A stretch of 64,000 bases of DNA from contig JBGAJQ010000001.1 of the NCBI GenBank assembly GCA_044224875.1, positions 224,125 through 288,124 of the forward strand, in the 5' to 3' direction. This DNA is from Gemmatimonadaceae bacterium. Its GTDB lineage: Bacteria; Gemmatimonadota; Gemmatimonadetes; Gemmatimonadales; Gemmatimonadaceae. This document shows, in pieces, positions 1 to 8,938 of this stretch. The notes under the pieces are model-generated. The model did no database searches and had not been told where the DNA came from. It worked only from the letters and a program-made list of their open reading frames with translations. Positions within the stretch are counted from its first letter, which is position 1. Every line of letters begins with the position of its first letter. Made by a program: the position numbers and the translations under genes.

Positions 1-613
1 CGGTCCCTTGTGCGGTGCCATTCACGGTACGTTGCGTAGCACCGCTTGCCAGACCGGTGACCGTGCGGTCACTCGTGTGCTGCACCACGCTGGTGGCGCT
101 GTCGCGCCGTGTGGCCGTTCCGCTGACCGTGGTTCGTACGCGAATACTATTGGTGAGGCTGTCGACTGCCGCTTGGGCCACACCGGCCGCCGTCTTGTAC
201 TCAATGAGCTTCGTAATCGTTAGGCCGTTGTGGGTGTCTGTGCACGTAACGACTCCCGTCGATGCGGCGAAGGCGCATGTTCCCATCTGCCCGGCGTCGC
301 CAAACGGCCCCTTGCCGTGCGGCCCGCCACCAAATCCAGGGCCGCCGCCGAAGAACTCGGCGCCCAATCCGCCTCCCATCATCCCCATCCCATGTTCGCC
401 ACCGCGTCCGCGCTCGGGGATCCACATCCCCGTTCCACTGGCCGAGCTCGCGCCAAAGCTGGAGGTGGCCGCGTCAAAGCCGACCGGCACCGTCAGGAAT
501 GCATCGGTCAGGGCCAAACGATTGGCGCTGGGTGAATTGAAGGAGTCGGAGCAGCCGGCGGCTACAACCAATGCGGCCGCCGCGACCAGGGAACGCGTTC
601 GGAAGGAAATCAT
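1..613 (-). CDS. Secreted lipoprotein, Gly/Met-rich N-terminus then Thr-rich beta region; 3' end runs off the window
   Basis: Manual translation from ATG at 613: MISFRTRSLVAAAALVVAAGCSDSF (lipobox AAG-C). GGAG RBS upstream, no stop before position 1, so absent from the ORF track. Confidence 0.8.
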   Translation of the reverse strand, partial: MISFRTRSLVAAAALVVAAGCSDSFNSPSANRLALTDAFLTVPVGFDAATSSFGASSASGTGMWIPERGRGGEHGMGMMGGGLGAEFFGGGPGFGGGPHGKGPFGDAGQMGTCAFAASTGVVTCTDTHNGLTITKLIEYKTAAGVAQAAVDSLTNSIRVRTTVSGTATRRDSATSVVQHTSDRTVTGLASGATQRTVNGTAQGT

Positions 614-684
614 TGCAGGCGTCTCCATGCTTTGTGCCGGTGGGACCCGTTGTCCGCCCGGTAGACGTGAGTGGTTTCGCAGTG

Positions 685-710
685 TTAACACCTCTTTCAT
701 GCCGCACCCT
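685..710 (-). promoter_or_regulatory. Putative ECF-sigma promoter AGGGT-N14-GTGTTAA upstream of the lipoprotein gene
   Basis: Same motif and spacing recur upstream of fecR (1647-1672). Confidence 0.6.
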
Positions 711-962
711 ATGTCGTCGCGACGATTGTCGGTTCGCGCGAGGAATCATCGGGGAGGATGACGTGCGCTATCAGGCGTGCTACGACGGTGGCGTTCGCGT
801 AATCGATGTGTCTTGAGAGTTGTCGCTGCAAGCCCGCTGCGCCGAACTCACGTTAGGGTGTGCGGTGTGGCGTCGTTTCTCGGAACCCTTGCTACCAACG
901 ATCACTCCAGATGGCGACAACGCAATCGCCCTGCCTCGGCTTACTCGCGTGGCCGTTTGCGA

Positions 963-1556
963 CTATTGAGTGAGGTCGCGCGCAGGGGCAACGGACCGCG
1001 GAAGCCAAGGCGCCATCTGTTCCCTCAGCAATCGTAGGGCACGGCCCATGTGGGCCTCAACCGTCTTTACGGAAACTCCGAGTGCCGTGGCGATCTCTAA
1101 ATACTTCAGTCCCTGCATGCGGCTCATCCGGAATACTTCGCGGCATCTATCGGGAAGCCCATCGATGGCGCGATTCAACGCCACCCCAATTTCCTCCCCT
1201 TCGAGGTCGGCAAATGCCGATGCTGGCGAGGAGTCAGGTGATGCAAGGTACGGCGCCTCGCGCTTCTCGATCTTCGCGTGGCGGATCGCGTTCAGGGCGC
1301 GATTTCGAGTCGATCGAATCAGGTACGCGTGTGCCGACCCTTCCCCCGACAACTGCTCACGGCGGCGCCACAGCTCCAACAGCACGTCTTGCACGATCTC
1401 CTCAGCCTGCTCGCGATCCTTCAATAGAGCTCCAGCGATGCGAACCAGCGTCGGGTACCACGCCCGAAAGATCTCCTCGAACGCGTGCTCATCTCCTTGA
1501 CGAAGGCGTTCGAGAAGCTGGCGGTCTTGCTGCGTGCTGATTTCGGGGCTGGTCAC
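963..1556 (-). CDS. ECF RNA polymerase sigma-70 factor (FecI-like)
   Basis: Region 2 AEEIVQDVLLELW...YLIRSTRNRALN; region 4 LPDRCREVF...EIATALGVSVKTVEAHMGRA; next to fecR. Confidence 0.95.
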   Translation of the reverse strand: MTSPEISTQQDRQLLERLRQGDEHAFEEIFRAWYPTLVRIAGALLKDREQAEEIVQDVLLELWRRREQLSGEGSAHAYLIRSTRNRALNAIRHAKIEKREAPYLASPDSSPASAFADLEGEEIGVALNRAIDGLPDRCREVFRMSRMQGLKYLEIATALGVSVKTVEAHMGRALRLLREQMAPWLPRSVAPARDLTQ

Positions 1557-1646
1557 GGTCCGGTGTTACTCCAACCACATTGCATGGTGCCGACTGCGAC
1601 TTTCTGGTGTAGCAGCCTTGTTTTCGCGCGAGGCAGGTTCATAGTG

Positions 1647-1672
1647 AGGGTTCCGCACCCTCGAAGTGTTAA
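1647..1672 (+). promoter_or_regulatory. Putative ECF-sigma promoter AGGGT-N14-GTGTTAA upstream of fecR, probably leaderless
   Basis: Same as motif at 685-710 (-); ATG 8 nt downstream with no SD. Confidence 0.6.
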
Positions 1673-1680
1673 TTCCCGGT

Positions 1681-2763
1681 ATGACGGATTCCGAGCGCCC
1701 ATTCCCTGACGAAACCCCCAAGCAGGCAGAGGACCCATATTGGGAATCCTTGGCTCGCTTTGCCACGGGGAACGCGGGCAAAGACGAGGTGGATCGCATC
1801 CGGAAAGTGCTCGCCGATCGCCCCGTAGATGCCGGGCTGTTGGAGGCAATGGATCGTGTATTGCCACCGCTCCCTGGCTGGGATGTCCGCGATTCGGATA
1901 TCGAGGTAGCGCTTGATAAGGTCAAAGGCCGCCGTGGTGCGGCTGGGCCGAAGTTGACGGTAGTGCCCGGTTCTAAGCCCTTAGTGGCACCAAAGAGGCG
2001 CTTTAATGTCGGTATAGTGTCTTGGCTTGCCGCTGCCGCCGTGGTCGCTGCGGTATCGCTTTGGCCTCGGCAACCCGCAGGCTCTGGAAGCGATCCGGGA
2101 GAGGCGCGTGTGTTCCAGACCGCCGCCGCCCAGCGAGACTCGGTCCGATTGCCTGACGGGACTCGGGTTGTGCTGGCGCCGCTGAGCCGCCTCGAGGTCA
2201 CCGCCGACTTTGGACGCGGGGCGAGAAGGGTCCGGCTCTCGGGCGAGGCGCTGTTCGACGTGAAGCACGATGCCGCACAACCCTTCGCGATCGTGACGCC
2301 GTTAGCGGTGGTCGAGGATCTTGGCACTACGTTCACTGTGCGAGATGACGAAAGCGATTCGGTGACCGTGCGCGTGACCCACGGCCGAGTGCGAGTGCGC
2401 GGGCAACGGGACTCCACGAGTACCGCGACGCTGGATGCTGGCGACGTGGGCGTCCTGCGCGGCGGAGCGATCGACGTTCGGCGGGGCGCCGTGAGCGCAC
2501 GCGATACGGCCTGGGTCCGTGGCGAGTTCGTCTTCCGCGACGCCACCATGGACGAGGTGGCGACGCAGATGCGTCGATGGTACGGAATCCGCATTCGCGT
2601 TGCCGACGAAGTGTTGGAACGCCGCCATGTCACCGCCACCTTGGCGGATGAACCGGTAGATCGTGCTCTGCAAATCATCGCGCTGGCGTTAGGTGCGGAA
2701 GTCGAGCGCACTGGCGACACCGCGGTGGTACGCTTGCCCAAGCAGATATCGTCGAATCGATGA
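1681..2763 (+). CDS. FecR-family anti-sigma factor
   Basis: One TM segment, then VRLPDGTRVVL, LSGEALFDV, VEDLGTTF, AWVRGEFVF, RWYG. Confidence 0.93.
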   Translation: MTDSERPFPDETPKQAEDPYWESLARFATGNAGKDEVDRIRKVLADRPVDAGLLEAMDRVLPPLPGWDVRDSDIEVALDKVKGRRGAAGPKLTVVPGSKPLVAPKRRFNVGIVSWLAAAAVVAAVSLWPRQPAGSGSDPGEARVFQTAAAQRDSVRLPDGTRVVLAPLSRLEVTADFGRGARRVRLSGEALFDVKHDAAQPFAIVTPLAVVEDLGTTFTVRDDESDSVTVRVTHGRVRVRGQRDSTSTATLDAGDVGVLRGGAIDVRRGAVSARDTAWVRGEFVFRDATMDEVATQMRRWYGIRIRVADEVLERRHVTATLADEPVDRALQIIALALGAEVERTGDTAVVRLPKQISSNR

Positions 2764-5348
2764 CGGCCAGGCGCCGGTGGATCGTTCGTGTCGGCAGGCA
2801 CGTGGTCGCGGCTCTCATCCTGACAGCCGCGGCTTCGTCGTTGCCGGCGCAGAGCAGTTGCAACGCGACGCCGCCGGCACCTGCGGCATCGACGAAGCCA
2901 TGGCCGGCACCCCTCGACCGAATCGTCAGCCTGCGGGGCGGGATGTTGGCCCTGCGCGAGGCCTTGGACCGGCTGGCGGCTGCCTCTCACGTGCGACTGT
3001 CCTACAGCTCAGAGGCGCTGCCGCTCGATCGCCGTGTTTGCGCGACGTACGCTGAAGCGCCGATGGGGCGGATTCTTTATGAGCTGCTCGAGGGCGTGAG
3101 CGTCCAACCCACCATCCTCAGTGACAACCAGGTCGTTCTGGTACCTCAGGTGGTGCCCCAGCCCCCGCGCGCCGCACGTCGCGTCTCCGAAATGCCAATC
3201 GGCGTCCTGGACCGAATCGTGGTCACCGGCAGCGCCGCAGGTTCCGAACAGCGCGCCCTGGCCGTGAACGTCGATGTTGTGAGCGGCGATCGAGTCGCGC
3301 AACGCGGCGATGGGTCGTTAGCGCATGTAATGAATGGCGAGGTCCCTGGCATGTGGTCGTGGGAGCCTGCACCGTCGGCGATGGCGCTTCGCTACGGGAG
3401 CATTCGCGGGGCGTCCTCCTTCGGAGTGAATGCGCCCAAGATCTACATCGACGGCATCGAAGTCGCGAATCCACTGTTGGTCACGCAGCTGATGCCGGAA
3501 ACGATCGAGCGCGTAGAGATCATCCGCGGTCCCCAGGGGGCGGCGCTGTATGGAGCCGATGCGATCAGCGGGGTGGTCAACATCATCACCCGGCATGACG
3601 GGGTCGGAGCCACGCCGTCCCGCCTCCAGATGCGGAGCACGTTCGGCATGGCAGGAAGTGCCTGGGCCCCGGCCGGCGTGCTGGCGCAAGATCTTGGGGT
3701 CAGCTTTCGTTCAGGAACGAATGTTCGAGGTGGCGGGGCTTCGGTGGCCTATCGCTCGTTAGGTGCGTTCCTGCCCGAGGCGTTCAGCCGTGACCTCATG
3801 GCCAACGCAGATTTCCGAAAGGTTGGGACACGGAGTACCCTCGTGGGCACGGCACGTCTGTTCACGCGCGATGCCGGCACCTCGTCACCACTGCTGCGCG
3901 ACCTTGTCATCTCCGGCTCGTCGAACACCACGGGCATGTCGCACGACGTCGCCCCGCGCACGGGAGCCATGGGAGTTCCCGGACTCACGCAGAGCTTCGA
4001 CGCCGATAGCGGCGTGGCGCAATCCGTCCGCGAGTACACCCTTGGACTGACCGGTCGATTCGCCCCGAACGAGAAGTGGACGCACACCCTCGTCGCCGGC
4101 GTGGATGGGTTCGCGCTCACGGGCGACGCCACGCAGTCTGCCCTCCTCTTATCCGCAACCGACTCGGCCCTGCACGATGCGCGGGGCGAGACGGCACGTG
4201 CCACGATCCGGGCCAGCACCGTGGGTCAATTCCAGTGGGGTTCGCACGTGTCGCACGCGCTTACGTTCGCGCTCGAGCAGACCATCACTCGGCAGGAGAC
4301 CGCGGCACAGGAATTCGTGTACGTTCCGCGTACGACGCCAGGTCGTGACTCCCTGCTGCATGTGCGCGCGATCGATTGGCGACGTACGAGCGGCGCGGTT
4401 GCGCAGCTGAATTCGGCGCTTGGTCGAACTCTCTACTTCACCGCTGGCCTGCGTTTCGAGGGAAGTGGCGGCCAGTTCGGCGAGAGTCGCCTGGACGCCC
4501 TCCCCATGCTCGGCCTCTCCGCGGTGAAGGAGGCTGGCCTCCTCTCGCTCAAGTTGCGAACGGCGTACGGCAGGGGCATTCGCGTGCCGCAGCTGTCGAC
4601 CCGCGAACGCGCCCTGTTTGCACTGGGGCGTCTGGCACTCCCCTACGAACTCCCGCCCGAAACGCAGTCCGGCGTCGAGTTCGGGTTCGATGCCACCCTG
4701 GCGCGCGTCTTGTCCATGCACGTAACACGATTCGACCAACAAGCGACCGGTCTGTTACAGATCGTCGGAATGGCCCCCGCGACAAACGAAGGTGGACCAA
4801 CGAATCAGTTCCGGCCGCGACCGACGTACGCGCTGCAGAACGTAGGGCGCATCGCGAACAAGGGCTGGGAGTTGTCGCTCCAGGCCTCGCATGGCCCCTT
4901 GAACGTCAGTAGTGCGTTGAGCCTGACGGATAGCCGAGTGTTGAGGCTGGCGGAAGGGTATTCGGGAGACCTCAGGCCTGGCGATCGGACGCTGGAAGTT
5001 CCGGCGCGTACCGTCAGCCTCAGCGCGTCGTGGACCCAACCGCGCTGGTACGCAACCTTCGGTGTGTCTCGCGCCTCCGATTGGGTGAACTACGACCGCA
5101 TGGCGCTAGCGCAGGTGTTCGCGACGCAGGACGCCAACGAGCATCCCATGGGAAGCGCGCTTCGCGACTATTGGCTCGATTACGCCGGTGTCACACGAGT
5201 TCGCGCCTCGTTCTCCCGAGACGTCTTTCGTTCGCTCTCCCTCCTCGCGACCGGCGACAACTTGCTGAACTACCAGCGCGGCGAGCCGGACAACATCACG
5301 ATCGTCCCGGGAAGAACCATCAGCGCGGGTCTGCGCGTTCGATTCTGA
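2760..5348 (+). CDS. TonB-dependent receptor with N-terminal signalling extension
   Basis: Signal peptide, STN-like domain, TonB box DRIVVTGS, plug IERVEIIRGPQGAALYGADAISGVVNIIT, terminal Phe. Confidence 0.93.
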   Translation: MTARRRWIVRVGRHVVAALILTAAASSLPAQSSCNATPPAPAASTKPWPAPLDRIVSLRGGMLALREALDRLAAASHVRLSYSSEALPLDRRVCATYAEAPMGRILYELLEGVSVQPTILSDNQVVLVPQVVPQPPRAARRVSEMPIGVLDRIVVTGSAAGSEQRALAVNVDVVSGDRVAQRGDGSLAHVMNGEVPGMWSWEPAPSAMALRYGSIRGASSFGVNAPKIYIDGIEVANPLLVTQLMPETIERVEIIRGPQGAALYGADAISGVVNIITRHDGVGATPSRLQMRSTFGMAGSAWAPAGVLAQDLGVSFRSGTNVRGGGASVAYRSLGAFLPEAFSRDLMANADFRKVGTRSTLVGTARLFTRDAGTSSPLLRDLVISGSSNTTGMSHDVAPRTGAMGVPGLTQSFDADSGVAQSVREYTLGLTGRFAPNEKWTHTLVAGVDGFALTGDATQSALLLSATDSALHDARGETARATIRASTVGQFQWGSHVSHALTFALEQTITRQETAAQEFVYVPRTTPGRDSLLHVRAIDWRRTSGAVAQLNSALGRTLYFTAGLRFEGSGGQFGESRLDALPMLGLSAVKEAGLLSLKLRTAYGRGIRVPQLSTRERALFALGRLALPYELPPETQSGVEFGFDATLARVLSMHVTRFDQQATGLLQIVGMAPATNEGGPTNQFRPRPTYALQNVGRIANKGWELSLQASHGPLNVSSALSLTDSRVLRLAEGYSGDLRPGDRTLEVPARTVSLSASWTQPRWYATFGVSRASDWVNYDRMALAQVFATQDANEHPMGSALRDYWLDYAGVTRVRASFSRDVFRSLSLLATGDNLLNYQRGEPDNITIVPGRTISAGLRVRF

Positions 5349-5492
5349 CGGTGCCGAAGGGTGAGCGCGTGCTCATCCCTAGCGTGTCGGCGCCCCTCGG
5401 CGTAATTCGATGGTGTGTCTCGCAATGCCATCGATGCCGCTCCTCCGTTCGCGTGACGCTGAGAGGCGGTTCCCACCCAAACTGACATCAAC

Positions 5493-6695
5493 GTGGCCAG
5501 CACCCATACGGCGGACGCGCTGTCGCGCCTGAGTCTTCGCGCCTCTGAGCTGGCCAGCGAAGGCGCACTGGATGTCATGCGGCGCGCCCAGGAACTGGAA
5601 CGCCAGGGCCGCACGGTCATTCACTTGGAACTGGGAGCACCCGACATTGCCGCGGCCCCGCACATTACCGAGGCGGCTGTGCGGGCCTTGCAGGCCGGGG
5701 ACGCCCGGTATGTCGCACCTGCCGGCATACCCGAACTGCGAGAAGCCATCGCCATCGACGTTCAGTCCCGAGGCATCCGCTGTTCTCCCGAGCAGGTGCT
5801 GGTGACACCGAGTGCAAAGACTGCTGTTTTCTATGCCTTGCTCGCGACAGTCGATGAAGGTTGCGAAGTTCTGGTGCCAGATCCCGGCTTTCCCATTTAC
5901 CCATCCGTGGCGCGTTTCGCCGGTGGGGTACCGGTCGGGTACGGCGTCAATCGCGACAACGCACCAGACGTCGACGATATCGCGGCGCGCATAACGAGCA
6001 GGACGCGCGTACTCGCCATCAATTCGCCGAACAACCCGACCGGTGGAGCCTTGGACGCTGCCAACATGGAGCGGCTGGCCGAACTCGTCGCGCATCACGA
6101 CCTGCTGGTTGTGACGGACGACATCTATTCTCGACTCGTCTTTGACGGGGCACGCGCCCCCGCCATCGCAGCGCACGACGGCGCGCGCGATCGCACGATT
6201 CTCGTGGACGGCTTCTCCAAGACCTACGCGATGACCGGCTACCGATTGGGTTATCTCGTCGTGCCCGCGCGCTTCGTGCCGACCATGACCACGTTGGCCA
6301 TCAATGGACACACCTGCGTGGCGCCGTTCATTCAACGGGCTGGCGTTGCGGCTCTCACGGGACCGCAGGATTCCGTGGCGGCGCAGGTCGCCGCGTATCG
6401 AAGCCGGCGAGATCTCGTTGTGAGCCGCTTGAATGCGATGCCGGGGGTCCGCTGCGCAACGCCCGCCGGTGCATTCTACGCCTTTCCCGACTTCTCGGCG
6501 TTGCTCTCCCCGCGGCGCATGTCGTCAGCCCAACTCGCATCCATCATGCTCGAAGAGCATGGCGTGGCGCTGATCGACGGGGCAGCGTTCGGTGCTCGTG
6601 GCGAGGGGTCCCTGCGCCTCTCCTTCGCGTCCGCGCAGGCCGACCTGGACGAAGCGCTCCGTCGTATCGCGGAAGCCGTGAACGCCCTCGCCTGA
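5493..6695 (+). CDS. PLP-dependent class I/II (aspartate-type) aminotransferase
   Basis: NSPNNPTG, TDDIYS, FSKTYAMTGYRLG, GAFY motifs. Confidence 0.95.
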   Translation: MASTHTADALSRLSLRASELASEGALDVMRRAQELERQGRTVIHLELGAPDIAAAPHITEAAVRALQAGDARYVAPAGIPELREAIAIDVQSRGIRCSPEQVLVTPSAKTAVFYALLATVDEGCEVLVPDPGFPIYPSVARFAGGVPVGYGVNRDNAPDVDDIAARITSRTRVLAINSPNNPTGGALDAANMERLAELVAHHDLLVVTDDIYSRLVFDGARAPAIAAHDGARDRTILVDGFSKTYAMTGYRLGYLVVPARFVPTMTTLAINGHTCVAPFIQRAGVAALTGPQDSVAAQVAAYRSRRDLVVSRLNAMPGVRCATPAGAFYAFPDFSALLSPRRMSSAQLASIMLEEHGVALIDGAAFGARGEGSLRLSFASAQADLDEALRRIAEAVNALA

Positions 6696-6698
6696 CTT

Positions 6699-8938
6699 CT
6701 ACTGGCCGGTCCCGATCTGCTTGGAGAACTTCACCACCACCGAGCGTGATTGCGGCCGTACCCAGTTGAAGAAGCCGTCGGCTTCACGTCCATCGTTCAA
6801 GACGACAAACAGGCCCGTGCCCGCGGTGTTCAACCACCCAAAGTCCATACCCGCGCCTGGTTGTTGTACTGCACGAGCGACTGCAGGAAGATCTTGGGTG
6901 TGAAGAAGTACCCCACGCGAGCGCCAACCAGTTTGCGCACGAAGTCCCCCTCATCGAGCTTCACGTCGTTGTAGTCGAGCAAGAGGGACGTGGTGAGCGT
7001 CGCGTTCGGGCGGTACGTGATGTTGATGTTGCCACCGTTGCGGCTGCCGTCGTAGAACGGACCGAAGTCACCTCGCAACACGAACGACAATGGCGCGGAC
7101 GGATTGGACGACCAGTCGAGCCCTATGCCCGCATAGTCGTAACTGCGCACGGGAAGGGTCACGTTCGGCGCGATCTCGAAGGGCTGCTGTAGTCCTTCAT
7201 GATAGATGTTCAGCTCCGGGCCGAATCTCCCGCCATCCTTGAATTCGACTTCCGTCAGGTCAACGTGAACCTGGCCACTCTGGTAGAAACCCTGGCGATC
7301 GTAGTACCCGCGCCAGTTGACGTGCGGATTCCACACCCGCACATGCTTCCAGTTCGGGTTTCGCACGAAGCGCATCAGTGAGGGCTCGTAGTACTGGTAT
7401 CCACCGGATCGGTTGAGGAACCCCACCTCGGGATTGAAGTCGGAGCCGACTTCGACGTACCGCAGGCCGTTGTTCCACTTGGAGGTCGAGTAGCCGACCC
7501 GCACACTTCCGGCCAGGTCGTTGCCGCTACGGCCCGGTGTTTCGGACTTGGCGCCCCACCAGTCGACGGTCCACGCGTCGCCGACACCAATGCGTCCGTC
7601 AGCTGCATACACGCGATTGTGGTCGCCACTGGAATCCGTCGACATGCGTTGCACTGCAAGCACGCCAACGCGCGAACGCGTCGACAACTCCCTCGACACA
7701 CGCGCGACGGAAAACGAGTTGCCGTTGGTCGTTGTGGCTGTAGCGTCCGTGAAGATCTGCAACAAGCCGACGGTCGTTCCGCCAACGCGGCCGGTGATAC
7801 GCCCGCCGCCCTGAATGGGTACGGGGTTTCCCAGGGTGTCGATGCCGATGCGGCGGCTGAAGAACAACTCGACCGCTTGTGGCGTGCCTGCCGAGAAGGT
7901 GCCGGCATTTTCCAGGAAGAAGGGTCGCTTCTCTGGAAAGAACAGTGGGAAGCGCGTCAGGTTGGTCCGCTGCTCGTCCACCTCGACTTGGGCGAAGTCG
8001 GTATTGTAGGTGAGGTCCAGGGTCAGGCTTGGGGTCAATCCATACTTCGCGTCCACCCCAAAGTCCCCCGTACTGCCAAACTTGGACGACGTGGTGAAGT
8101 CACGGGACGTGGAGCCAAGCACATACGGTGTGATGGTCGCGACACGCCGCACCGGCACCTGCAACCCCTGCAACGTTCCCGCCCGCGACAAGCGATACAG
8201 GTTGAACTGTCGCGGGATCGGCGACCAGAACGACTCCTCGTTCTTTCGCCGGATGTTGCGCGCCAGGTTCAGGCCCCACGCCTGCGCCGCACCACCACCG
8301 TAACGTAATGTCGAAAACGGAATGCGAAACTCGGCGTACCAGCCTAACGAATCCCGGGACGTCATCACCTTCCAACTGCCGTCCCAGTTCAGGTTGAACC
8401 CGCCCATCGACCCGGACTGGGCCCGCGTCTGCCCCTGCTGGAAAACGCCGCCCCCTTCACCCTCCTTGACCACTTGCGCGTCGTATTCCACACCGGCTGG
8501 CGTGGTCGCAAACACGAACCCGTTCTGCCGATCGAGGTAGGTGTCCAGGATGAACCCGAAGTAGTCGCTGTTGGCAATCGTGCCATCGCGAAGCTTCTCG
8601 CCGGGCACGATCCCCTGCGGGTCGCGATCGAAGAGCCAGGCGGCCACGTATAAGGCCTCACCATCCACCAGGATGCGTGCCTCCGTACGCTCGCTCACCG
8701 GCTGCCCCTCGGCTGGCTCGCGCTGAACGAAATCGGTGAAGGGCTGGGCATCCTTCCACGCGGCCTCGTCCAGATGACCATCAATCACGGGGCCAACAGT
8801 AATTCGCTTCGCGTCGCCCACGCGTAGACGGCCCGACTCCATCGGCGCCCCCTGAGCCGAGAGCGGCTGGGCAACGGCGATTGTGAAGCATGCCAGGACA
8901 AAGGCCGAGGCACGAGAAATCATTGCGGTGCGACGCAT
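6699..8938 (-). CDS. CBM9-like / DUF5916-type outer-membrane protein, frameshifted near the 3' end
   Basis: PVIDGHLDEAAW, TYNTDFAQVEVD, FPEKRPFFLE, LFFSRRIG. The ORF stops at 6830 but a natural-looking tail (FGWLNTAGTGLFVV...KFSKQIGTGQ*) continues in another frame to 6699. Confidence 0.8.

Noticed and set aside
15..761. 248-aa Pro-rich plus-strand ORF
   Set aside because: Antisense shadow of the Gly-rich minus-strand lipoprotein, which has an RBS and lipobox.
1566..2990. 474-aa minus-strand ORF and other long overlapping ORFs (5379-6335, 28512-28784, 47376-48551)
   Set aside because: Overlap well-supported genes and show no motifs; expected in high-GC DNA.
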